Shown here piece by piece: positions 26,407 to 38,373 of a stretch of DNA of 64,000 nt. The stretch's first letter is position 1. Every line of letters starts with the position of its first letter. Made by a program: the position numbers and the translations under genes. Origin of the DNA: Daphnia carinata (taxonomy: Eukaryota); assembly GCF_022539665.2 (NCBI RefSeq), contig NC_081331.1:7192001-7256000 (forward strand), in the 5' to 3' direction. The notes under the pieces are model-generated. The model was given only the letters and a program-made list of their open reading frames with translations, ran no database searches and was not told the DNA's origin.

Positions 26407-27755
26407 CAGATGCAATCTGTGTTAACAGTTATTCCATATAAGCTGTCACTTGACCAAATGTGTGGCTTTAAATAGAAATGTGTTGCAATTTTTTAAGTGA
26501 ACTACCAAACCTTAGTATACTTTCTTTCCCCAAACTATAGATACTTAAAACTATATTAAGATAGCCTATTACTAGCGAAGTATTTTAACGGAAATTTTTT
26601 AAACATAAGTAATTATTCATAAAACTTCGAAGTTCGGGAATGATTAGCGCAGCCAAGGGGAGTACGGAAATGCGTTAGTGAATATCTATCTTAATGGTAG
26701 CGTAAAAATTCGGGAAAATTTACCAGCTAATCATATAACATATCCCACGATCCAAGCCTAGAAAGGATTTGGTTCGTGATGCCCCTTGTACGCAAGCCTT
26801 CACAGTGGACGTTGACGGCGCATTTAAAAATATAATTTATAATAGGATAAGTACATGATAGCATAATTAAGTATCGGTCTCTATTAGATTGTAATCAGGC
26901 GATCGACGATCTCATACGTGATGCCCCTTGTAGGCTAACGTTCACAACTTTTTATGACTAAATGTTTAATAGTATATAATTTATAATAGTACTGTAGTAT
27001 TAATCTAGAGTCGTTCAGGAAACAAAACGGCGTAGATAACTCTTACAGCGTATATTTAACGCAATTGTCTTTCAACGGTGATGGTTAGCTGAAACAATAC
27101 AAAATGATCTGCAATCGGTTGCTCATTGCGTAGGCTGAAAATAGGCTCCATTTAAACAATAACACCGGTGTGCCCATTACATTGTTAGGTTAGTACATAG
27201 TTGTCGACTGTCCATAAATGTCGGCTACTTCATCACCATTGACAAGTTCATAAGATTAACTAGATTATTCAATAATCGTCAATTGCATAACTCAGACCAT
27301 TCGATATACGTCGACTAGATCCTCCATCGGCTAGTCGATTGACATCAACTAGTTCATCATCATCGACTAGTTCATCGTCATCGACTAGTTCATGTGCTTC
27401 GACTAGACTAGTCGATAACCATCGACTCGCCTATAAGTAAAAACTGGTAAATAAAAGTCGAATACTCCATAAGTCAGCAATAAAATCTGACGCATCATGT
27501 AGATCTTTAAGATACACTTATAAAAAGTGTATTTATATTGATTCTCATGAACCGCAAACCTTTTCATATTTCCCGCTACACTAAAAGATGTAGTGTTGCT
27601 TTAAAAAATTGGCTGTATTGTCGTTTGGATTTATTAGAGCACGAACCTGATCAATAAGCGGCAACTTCTCATTAAACAGTCAAATACACTGATTGAAAAA
27701 AGAAGGTGCAATTCGTCTTAAAGGATCGCCTAGTAGTTCGCGACCATGTTGCATG

Positions 27756-28307
27756 TAGGGCTCGGCCCCGATCGTCTTTGATCGGGGCAAACCGCGGTTT
27801 TTCATTTAAAAATCGTCAAACCATCGGTTCGGTTTGGCCATTTTTGACTGCGGTTTGGTTTTCGGTTTGCAACTGGGCCAAACCGGTTTGAACCGCCAAT
27901 AAAATTTTTTTTTGGAAATTTTGCTTAAATTCCAAATCAAATAATTATTACTAATTGTTGTGAGCGTAATGGCGGTCAGCAACTTGTTATAAATCAAATT
28001 TCCGATCAGATTTGTAGGCATCGCAATCGAAAATCAGTCGATCTTTCCACCATCTAGCAACAACATTTGTTACTGATGATTGTCTGTGCAAACCGCAAAT
28101 CCACGGTGCAAACCGTAAAACCGCGGTGCAAACCGTGCAAAACCGCAATTTACACCGCGGGTATAAACTGCAGGTACAAACCGTCAAACAAAGGTTCGAT
28201 CGGTTTGAAAAAAACAACAAACCGAACCGCACTGGTTTGACCTTTTTTAAAAAAAAACCGCGCGGGTCGGCCAAAATCGTACCCGATCGTCGCGGGGCCG
28301 AGCCCTA
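27756..28307. mobile_element. hAT-type MITE (552 bp)
   Basis: Perfect 15-bp TIR TAGGGCTCGGCCCCG / CGGGGCCGAGCCCTA; perfect 8-bp TSD GTTGCATG (27748-27755, 28308-28315); many subterminal AAACCG/CGGTTT repeats. Confidence 0.9.
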
Positions 28308-28333
28308 GTTGCATGAAACGCATTGTCTACAGT

Positions 28334-29659
28334 CAACATGGTCTCAGTACATATGTACTAAGTAGTACATAGTTGCAGATGCACTTTTTCTTATGGGGTA
28401 CATGATAAACGCGCAGGGCGTTAGTCAATTGTTTTTTTGGAATATTGTCTGCTTGGAGTTTTTCCACGCTGAAATGTGGAAAAAGACACGTAATTGTAAA
28501 TTAAATGAGAACCCATGAAATAAATTTGTTTAACTTATCTTAGTTAATATTTAAGATTTTCTATCTAAGACAGAATACAGAAATTCTATAGACCCAAACA
28601 AAATGTAAATATGTACAAATTACAATTTTTTACACTTATTTACACTTTTTAAAATTTGAACTTGGCGCGGTAAAAAAATGGCCGCCATAATGGTTTATCA
28701 AAAACCACTTTTCAAACGTAATTTTTGGGATTAAATAATGCATCCTATAAATAAACGTTTATAACAACTTGTTCCTGGAATCACCAGCAACAAAAATATT
28801 ATAATGATTTCGTGTTTTGACGAAGGTTAAGCATCAAACAATCAATTCAAAGTTTCGTCTTTTTCACACACCCCCTCCCCTTTCTAAAATCATGAAATCC
28901 CTTAATAATTATTTATGAGAAAAATAAACAGTCAAAATTGACAAATTTTGCATCAATCGATAGCTCTTATCAAGAACTATCTAATTCTATGAAAGTTATG
29001 TTAAATTTTCAGAAAAGGAAAAGTTTAAGCGTAACATCAATTTTTTTGTTTTTATCAGTTGCGTCCATTAGAATCTTAGATCGAAAAACAACAAAAACAC
29101 ATTTTGCCTTTAAGATTTTTTCCCTTTGAAAATTGTTAATAACAATTACACAAAAATAGATAGCCCTTACCAAGGGCTATTTACTGTAATTAATCAACTA
29201 ATTATTGCAATTAATTTAGCTGACAAATAATTTAAAAAAATTTCTTTTATATTTTTTTATTTCAATTACCACACAAATTGTACATATTCATTATATAAGC
29301 AGAATAAATATATATAATATATATTATAGTATTTTATATGTATAATAGTATTGTACATATATAATAGTAATATATATAAATATCTATGTATAATTGTAAC
29401 ATATACATTAGTATTTATATTGTACATATTACGTCATTGGAAAAATTTACATCAACCGAATTCATGTTATTTCAAGTAATTTCATTAATTAAAAGACATG
29501 CGCTACACGCATTATTGTTTAACTGGTTTAACTTTAGTGGTTTAACCACTAAAGCAACCAAATCAAGGCCCTAGTGGCGACAACGCACACTTTCTCCATA
29601 TAGAAAACTGTAGGCGCGATTATGTACTAAGTAGTACATATTGCCTCGCGACCAGCCTG
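28334..29659. mobile_element. Non-autonomous DNA transposon with CA...TG ends and an 8-bp TSD (hAT- or P-like)
   Basis: TSD TCTACAGT (28326-28333, 29660-29667); imperfect ~44-bp TIRs containing the near-palindrome TATGTACTAAGTAGTACATA; AT-rich non-coding interior. Confidence 0.75.
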
Positions 29660-30033
29660 TCTACAGTAGCAGACGATCTTGCTTTCTGTTTTGATTTAGA
29701 CTGCTATTTTTCCTTTCATCCATAGTTGCTGCCACAATGGTGAACAAATTCAGTGGATGTTTGCTTGTGTCTTAAACTAATGTGTGGAACATAGAAGTGG
29801 AAGCAAGAGATAAAGAAACATCTTAAGATAAGGCTATAGTAAATGATTACATAATTGGGTGATATTTCCATAGCCATACAATTGTCTGGATGCAATCAGA
29901 TGCATGTATAGTCTCAGCAAACCCAGTCAAAACTTTAATCTGCTAGTCATTGTTTTTTGTTCACCTTACCTGGAGGGATCACCATTAGCAATATTTTTAC
30001 CTCATACTACAGTTAGCATCATAAACATTAAAC

Positions 30034-32298
30034 ATGGATGGTGACAAGATTCTGGAGGGAAGTATTAAAGCTGCCTCATATAATATGATTCTGCAGGTAA
30101 CATCCTCCAATATGAAAAAAATATTGTGTATTAGAAATAACTTCATTTTTCTATTTCAATAGGTGGCCTTCCGAATCATCACTTTTATTCTGAATGGCCT
30201 AGTCCTTCATAATGTAGACAAAGATGTACTTGGTATTTTGAATGTTCGCCTAATGCTATTAATGTATTAACTTTCCCTATTACAGTTGTGTTTTTTTTAA
30301 TCCACTTAAAATTTTTAATTACAGCATGACCATTCTTTTCATCTCACGTGAGGCATTCCGCAGAGGATGTATGAGCAAGACAAGAGAACACAACTGGCCT
30401 CAAGTGATAAATCTTTTGTGGCTAACGTAAGTATCAAGTTAAAAGTAGTTCTTCTAAAAGGTTTTTTTCCCATCCCTTTCATAACCTATATAATGATTTC
30501 GTTGTAGGGTGCCAAGTGTAATTATTTGTTCATTTTCATTCTGTTACATTTGGTTGCATTGGCTAGAACTTCCAGCAGAAAAGTATGTTGCAGATTATAA
30601 ATTTGCAGTCTACATATTTGGCATAAGCTGTGTGATAGAATCATTTGTAGAGCCTGTCTACCTTTTTTCCCAGGCATTTCAGTATGTTAGATGGAGAGTA
30701 TGTGTGAGAACAGCAGGGATGGGAAAAACAAAATGTATAAAGTCCAAAATGTTTCTCTTTCAGATCTTTGTCGATTGTGTTATGATGCTTATCAGAGTTG
30801 GCACACTAGTTGTGTCAGTGTTGTACTACCCAGCTTACACCATCAAAGCAACGGCGTGTGGACAAGTGGCAGTTTCTACCGTCCTTGTAGTGCTATATTG
30901 GTTTTATTTTTACCAACAGTTTCAAAGGAAGGCAAACCTTATCAAAAATAAGGATTTACATAAAGATGACCCTTTATTGGCACTACCATTGAATTCCGTG
31001 CTTGACTTTTTCCCTAAAAGAATCCAAGGACAGGTCTGTACAAATATTACTTCGGGTTATTATCGTTATCGATGGATAATGAAAAGAAGTAAACTTTAAA
31101 TTCTATTTTGGTTTTTCTTTAGACCTTCATCGAAAGTGATCTTGCATTCCTTACATGGGGATTTTTCAAGCAAGTATGGCAGTCATTATCAACCATTTTA
31201 AGTTCATCAAAAATTTATCACCTTTTTTTATAACAGGGAATCTTAAAACAAGTGTTAACGGAAGGGGAAAGATATGTTATGACGGTGTTTGCAGTCTTGA
31301 GTTTTGCTGAGCAAGGTGTTTATGACGTCGTTAACAATCTAGGATCCATGGCTGCTCGATTTATTTTTCTTCCAATTGAGGAGAGCAGCTATTTTTACTT
31401 TGCACAAATGCTAAATAGACAGATCCCAATTGAACAACAGCCCCGTCAAGAAATCGAACAAGTTGCTCGAGTTCTGTACAGACTTTTAAGGGCGCTTAGT
31501 CTTATAGGCTCCATTATAGTTGTCTTTGGATTCTCATATTCCCATCTACTCCTTCGTCTTTATGGAGGCATCACTTTAACTGATGGACCTGGCCCGTTGT
31601 TAATGAAAACTCATTGCCTTTCCGTTTGCCTCATGGTTTGTTGGAAACATGTGTACAAAAGTTTTTCTTTTATTTCCTTTCTTTTTAAATCAAGGCCATC
31701 AATGGAGTAACCGAAGCATATGTATTTGCTGCCATGAGCTCCAAAGAGTTAGACAAGTATAATGGGCTGATGGTTATTCTCTCGTGCGTATTCTTGTTTC
31801 TGTCATGGTTGCTGAGCCGTGCTGTGGGAAGCGTTGGATTCATTCTGGCTAATTGCGTCAATATGCTTTTAAGAATCATTCACAGGTAATGCCTTAATCA
31901 GGTTGAAAGCAATTCATCATTTGTTTACCTAATTTATTTTTCTCTAGCCTCTGGTTTATTAGCGGGCAATATCAAAATTTGGGATTCAAGCCATTGCGTG
32001 GCATGATACCTACTATGCTTGAAACTTCATCTTTAGTTTTCGCATTCGCCATAACGGCAACTTCGTCCGTAAGTTGAAAATTTGTATTTACAAAAAATGG
32101 CACCTGTCTCTTAGCATATTTAGACACGTTTATTTTTCCTCTTCATAGTTGCTTGTATACCCAGAATCTGCCATTTTTCATGTTATCATCGGTGCAATCT
32201 GTGGTCTTGCTGTGATTGGTGCTGTACTGTACGAGGAACCCGAATTGATGCGCACAGTAGTGATTGCCGTTAAAAAACGTCTTGGAAAGGTAGACTAA
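30034..32298 (+). CDS. RFT1: Protein RFT1 homolog (N-glycosylation, multi-exon)
   Basis: [79 protein letters not shown]. Confidence 0.93.
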
Positions 32299-32468
32299 TG
32301 AAAACCTAAAAATTTCATTCGCCATCAAACAGGATGAAACGTTTAAACTGTGTATTGATAACATAATAAAAGAGCAACGTACTAATAGAACATTTAATAC
32401 TTAAAGTAACGCTAATCGTGTTCTCTGCATTTCTTTTAGTAAAAGATGACATTTGATGCTCCTCTGGG

Positions 32469-33023
32469 TTACATAATGTGCATTGGATAGTGGCGACCGA
32501 AGTACTCGTAATAAAGGGTACAAAGGGTGCAAATTTCTGAATTATGGTTGATCCAGTAACTGTCTGTATCGCGCTTCTGGGAAGAATGTGATTCGCCTAA
32601 ATCCTGTCGATGAGTAAAATCCGTATCTTCAACTTCCCAGCCCATTCGACGACGGCCTTCGCATGATAATCTATCAAAAGTTGACGGTGAAGGGCTATCC
32701 CTCGGTTGATACTGATCTTGAAATCCCCACCCGTATTTTTTTTCGTATTCTGGTTCATACAACTTCATGCCTTGATTTATTTTAGGCTTTCGGCGAAGTA
32801 AACTCGAAACCGTATCCATATGTGAATTGCTTCTTTGCATAGGGGACGGCGCCCTTCGTGCTGCAACATAATTGGACGTGGCTGTTGCACGATTCACATT
32901 ATGGGAAGGCGGCGGAACAGACGGTGTGCGCCCGATGAGTCGATCGTCAACACGCCTAACGCAAAAGATTTGCCGCTTTCCAGGCTTAAGTAACCTGGGA
33001 GGTTCAGGTCGCGATATCGCCAT
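32469..33023 (-). CDS. Hypothetical single-exon protein (184 aa, Arg/Pro/Ser-rich)
   Basis: Long ORF with coding-like GC content, convergent on RFT1. No recognised domain. Confidence 0.45.
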   Translation of the reverse strand: MAISRPEPPRLLKPGKRQIFCVRRVDDRLIGRTPSVPPPSHNVNRATATSNYVAARRAPSPMQRSNSHMDTVSSLLRRKPKINQGMKLYEPEYEKKYGWGFQDQYQPRDSPSPSTFDRLSCEGRRRMGWEVEDTDFTHRQDLGESHSSQKRDTDSYWINHNSEICTLCTLYYEYFGRHYPMHIM

Positions 33024-35109
33024 TCTTTGACATGGCCGAAGAGGATAAGCATTTTCTGACCAGTGGGTCGCAAATGAAGGTTCGTTAAGTGGAGCCTCAT
33101 AGTGAGGATTCTAGCAAAGTAGATGCCGACTTAGTTTTGGAACGTAAAAAACATTATGGATGTTCAAGTACCTCAGAAGCTTTTAGCCCAAGAGTTAAGT
33201 TGTAGCCTCCATCGCGAGAAATTTCAAGAGAACAATCGTTGATACGTACAAGTCGTACTGTGATCGTCGCATTCACGTATGGATTTGCGATTCCCTAAAG
33301 TAGACATGCGAGCGTTAGCTCGTAAGCACCTGAACCTTCTCAACCAAATTTTCACCGGAAAATGATGTGTAGTATGCATAATCATGGTGTGCTGCTCAGT
33401 TCGAATTTGTTTCTCTCTAATTATCTCCGGACTCTCAAAAACAATATCGTTCACATCTGTATTAAATGAGGCGAGAACCTTGGATCCCATTTGATATAGT
33501 TGCACCAGTTCAACACACAATCTTTCGCCAATTAAAGCAGAGTAGAGATGCCTAGAAGCACTACACAAAGGAAAAGTCTAGAAAGAAAAATTTCGTTTGT
33601 GTACTTGTGTAGTACAAATCGTTATAACTATGATTTTTTACCCGTTCTACCCGCATCTTCTCGTCTACATGCAGTGGGAACCGAGCCTTTAATAAACGGC
33701 TCCGTAGATACCATCCTAGTAAGCCCACACGTAAATGTATCCATTTAGATGGATCTAACCGAGTGTTTGGGCAAATCACCTTTCGAAAGTGGGAAAAAAA
33801 GAAGCAAATTATCCAAATTATCATTATTTCAATAGTATTTCGTAGAGCCTTTGCACTTACCGAATTGATTTGGATTTCGAAGACGATTTTCAGCGATGTT
33901 CTCTTCATCATGAAACCGCAACCATGGTAACGCAAAACATTGACTTTTTATATTCTCCTCGGTAGAAAAAAATACAATAGAACAACCGACTGATATAGCT
34001 GTAGAGGGCAGTAGATCCTATGCTATTCCTACGACGATATTCTCTACATCTTTAAGCATTATTCACTGTTGACGAAAAATTTTCTATATAACCGGATTTC
34101 ACTTCTGCCAGTAATACCAACTCATGCTGTAATTTTGTCAACCGTGCCAACCTATTAGAGATCTGCTCCGATCCAAGCGGGGTGCAATTTTGCCGATCGG
34201 GGAAGCATTTCGGAGTTTCGGTAAGGGCTTTCGAGTATGGGAGTGACCTGACTTTTCATCCTAGGTTTCAATCAGGAGTGATTAATCAGGGTGCACATCC
34301 CAGTACAATCCATCAAATGTTTTCTTGGCAAAATCGATCTTCGGGCTTACCAAACAGCTGACATCATTAGTTGGTTTTCTTTTCAGCGTCGTTATTTTAT
34401 TCCCTTTAAAATGATACCAGGGCTCTCGGTGTGACACGCGCCCCACTATACTGGAGAAGGAGTTCCCCGATCGTTTGCGATTTACTTTTCTCGAGGCAGG
34501 GAGGCAATCCCCATTAATGCTAGTCTAATCCTTCATCACATGGCACTATAATTCTATTTGAATGTTTTTTTAATACGCTAAAATACTTGATGAAATTCTA
34601 CTTTATGTTGGCATCGGTGATTTGAAAGTTCAGAACAAACGGCAAAAATGACTAATAAACGTATTCGATGACAAAATCTTGGAAGCCTTTCGAATTTTGA
34701 AGAAAACGGTTAATTAAAGGGTTCTTTGATTGATTTATATTCACCCCAGATTAGGTAACTCAACAAAACATAAGACGTAAAGCAAAACTGGCAAAAATAA
34801 TTTTATCAAATTTTGTAGAAGCAGGTAGAAGTGGAAATTTGAAAAACAGCACTGGGAAATAAAATTTTCGTCTGCAAATCTTCGCCACTCTCTTCCGTTT
34901 CTTTAGTGCTTTCTCGTGTTCCTTATGTCGTTTTCAAGTTTTTTAAATTAATGAAATACCCTTAGTGCTATTACGAATTTGTAGACCGCATTTCGTCCAT
35001 CAGAATCGTGTCTGGATTTAAAGAAAAGTTTCCCGGATCATTCCACCAACCTGTCTAAATTCAACAAAATGATATTGCCAGAAACAACTCATGTCTAATG
35101 TCTTGCAGA

Positions 35110-37214
35110 ATGAGTTTCTCGAAAAGCGAAATGTCAGGAATATCAAAAATTTTATCTCATCATTCTAGTTCAATTGCTTCAGCCCTGGACCAAATATCTT
35201 TTTTCATGGTTCTTTGTTTTACAGTTTCATGTATTTGGTTAATTACTATACTGTTTCATCATAGGTCTATCCATGGGCAACAGTTTTAAGCAAAATAATA
35301 GCTTATTACTTCATTCCAGACTTGAATTCCTTTGACTGGTGGAGTAATGTTAAAGAAAAGTTCTTGTTTGGTCCTTTATTGTGTATTTTTTTTCTGGGAC
35401 TATTTCCTGTTGGAGTAGCAGGTGTTTGTTTTCTTCATTATTATTATCATTGTTATTTTGAAGTTCTTAGGAATTATTGACTTTGTAGGCTTTCTCTTGT
35501 GGATATTCATTTGTTCTGCCTTTCCACGCAAAAAGTACTCATATTTGGAGTTAGGCACAAAAGGGAATAAACAAAGTGAAGAAACTAAGGAAGTATTTAC
35601 CTTAGCTTGTGCAAATGTCTTGTTGGCAAATGAAGTTTTCTGCAGATGGAACAACAATGGAAATCCGATGGCTAGATCTAAATTAATAGGCACGTGTTAT
35701 TCAAATATTGCTATTCCCTCATTGTAGGAAAGAGTTAGAAGAATATTACTATATTACATTAGTGTAAAAATAACCCCACAACTAAAACAAAAACATCACA
35801 AATTGCAGGGCAAAAACTGCTGCAGCAAACACCTTACTATCTTCAAAATCTTCTTCTCCCGCAACTGTGTAAGAAGGATACTGTTATAGCAGACCTCCCA
35901 GATGTAGATATTCTTTGTGTGCAAGAAGTCTGGGAAAGATATTGGGCTGCAACAATGATTGATCAACTAGGACTTAAATACAGTTACTTCATCCATGGTA
36001 CATTTTATCTAGTAATGTGAAAACGATACAACAAACGTGCTCGTTAAAAATATCTTATCCTATATTAGATGTCGGAGATCATCGATTAACGTCGAACTGT
36101 TGTTTATTTGGTAAACGTCGGATAAGAATCGAAAGAGATGAAAAACAAAATTTAGCTGTCTACGTCAGACTCTTAATAGCTTTTATCGATTTGAAGGAAG
36201 TGGTTTATTCGTCGCATGTAAATACCCGATTCTCGCCGTAGAATTTCAACCGTTTCAGTTTCGAACTCATTATGCCAAATTCTTCTCATATGGAGTTCTT
36301 TGTTTGAAGGTAAATTGATGTTGATGCCAGTTCTGTCCACTTAACATTCCAGTCAATTGCACAAAACAAATTCTAGATACAAATCAATAAGGAACGAATA
36401 GCATATGTTGCAAATTTACACGGGCAAGCCTACCAGGGAAAAGAACCAGTTCTCTATCATCAGCTTAGCGAGTCTCTTTCTGCAATTAACGCTTTCCGAC
36501 TAAAGACTCGGCTACCGGAAGAGAACGTTATTTTTGATGCGGTTTGTGGCGATTTTAACTTTGATAACATGGTAAGTTATTGTTTTTGTTTGAAGGTTTT
36601 TATTAACTACCTTTTGAGTGATCAAAGGCTTTCCCAAACTTTCCTGGTAAAGTCCCCAGGTGACGCAGCCACACAAAACCATCCGCTTTTTAACCAGTAT
36701 ATTGACGCCTGTTCAAAAAGTATACACCCTCTTTTATCGTTAAAAGCCTATTAACTATGGAATTGTTTTCGAAATTCAGAGCCAGGAGAGGACCATCACT
36801 GGACTGTAGGAACAGAGCTGCGCCAATTACGAATGCATGAACCCATTGTTTCAACAGCGGAAGCCTTGCGTCACGTTCTTATTGATGACGTAAAGCGCAG
36901 ACAATACGTTCTTGACGCCGATGTCGTAGAACAAACTACAGCGCTTGCATCCATAGACCCTTCGACGAATGAAGATGGTAATTCAAAGATTCATTTTTTT
37001 TGGTCCTATTAGTGATGTGGCGGTATTCGCTTCTGTTTCCTTTACAACAGGAAAAGTTGTACGTGAAAGTTGGGGAGGTAAACGGCGGATTGACAGGATT
37101 TTGTTAAGGAAAGATTCACCCGCTCAAGTAGTAGGGTATGGTTTCAGCTCAGTTTTGGCTGGGTTAACTGATCACATCCCAGTCGCGGTAAGTCTCAAAG
37201 TAACAACTGATTAG
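35110..37214 (+). CDS. Neutral sphingomyelinase (SMPD3/SMPD5-like), multi-exon
   Basis: N-terminal hydrophobic segments; ANVLLANEVFCRWNN; DILCVQEVW; GSGLFVACKYPI; NLHGQA; CGDFNFDN; RRIDRIL; LTDHIPV. The start codon is approximate. Confidence 0.85.
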
Positions 37215-38373
37215 CAAAATATGGCAAAATATGTTCGTCAGTGCACTGTATTTTCTGCATTTTAGCACACCATGCATGTCTCCGACACGCGCCTAATGTT
37301 TTTTTTCCAAAATATATTTAAACGTGCATAGATTCTTTCAAATCTGAATTGAAGTTAATATGCTGCGGAAACACAGTTGATTAATATATTGACATCGTCG
37401 CAGCATTATAGAAAAAGCGAAATCTAGTTCCAAAGAGGTTAAAAAAAATTCGTCATCCACTGAATTAGTAACGGTTAAGTAGCCTCTTTCGAAAGGAAGG
37501 AAGCAATTAAGAATACTTTTGTTACTGAAAACGCCAAAGTAGTTAGGCTGATACTTCCGCCGTTGAATAGGGGAGCTGACACGTTACTTTTTTTTAACGT
37601 TTTTCTACCTGCAATGGGAGCGTGGCGGAATCCAACAGCTAGCATATGTGTGATTTGCTCTAACGGGACATTGGGTGTCATGCAGAAAATTACAATGGCA
37701 GTTTTTCACTGATGTGTTTCTTGTAGCACTTCCTGACATTCATCATAAATGCATAGTTGATACTAGTTATTTATACGAATGGCTACAGACACTATTGACA
37801 GATGGAATCTGCAACAATCTTTCAGTTTACGAACAATAATAATATAAGTTTAAGTTAATAATGAAAGTTATAATTGATAAAACAATAAGATTGTTGCTGG
37901 CTCGTAACGTATCTATAGTTACTACAATGAAAGCTCTGAATTGAATTTACCGCAAACGTAGCTCTGTAATTATCATTAAATTTAATAAGGGCAATCTTTA
38001 TAAAAAAGAAATAACTATTGCAATATATAGATATATATAGTCTATATTTCACCGTAATAAAATCACGTTTGTAGACTTATCTTATTCATAGATAATCATT
38101 TTAGTTAAGATTGGTAATGCTAAATTCCGAACTTGTACACACATAAGGAACATCAGCCATATAGAGACAAAGAAGTTTTCATATGGTAAACGCATAACAC
38201 ATGGATGAACTCTACAGAATGACATCGCCCACATTTTTAACGCAGAATCGGGTACCAACTACATCGTATATAAGAGGAAGCACATCGTCGAAATGTCAAT
38301 CTTCAGTAGCTTGCTTCTTAGTCAACACATTCCTTTACACCGTGCGTGTTTCCAAGCTCGTCTTATAACTGAA

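Noticed and set aside
27311..27415. Short spaced repeats resembling a CRISPR array
   Set aside because: The units are only 8-18 bp with no unique spacers, the context is eukaryotic, and there are no cas genes.
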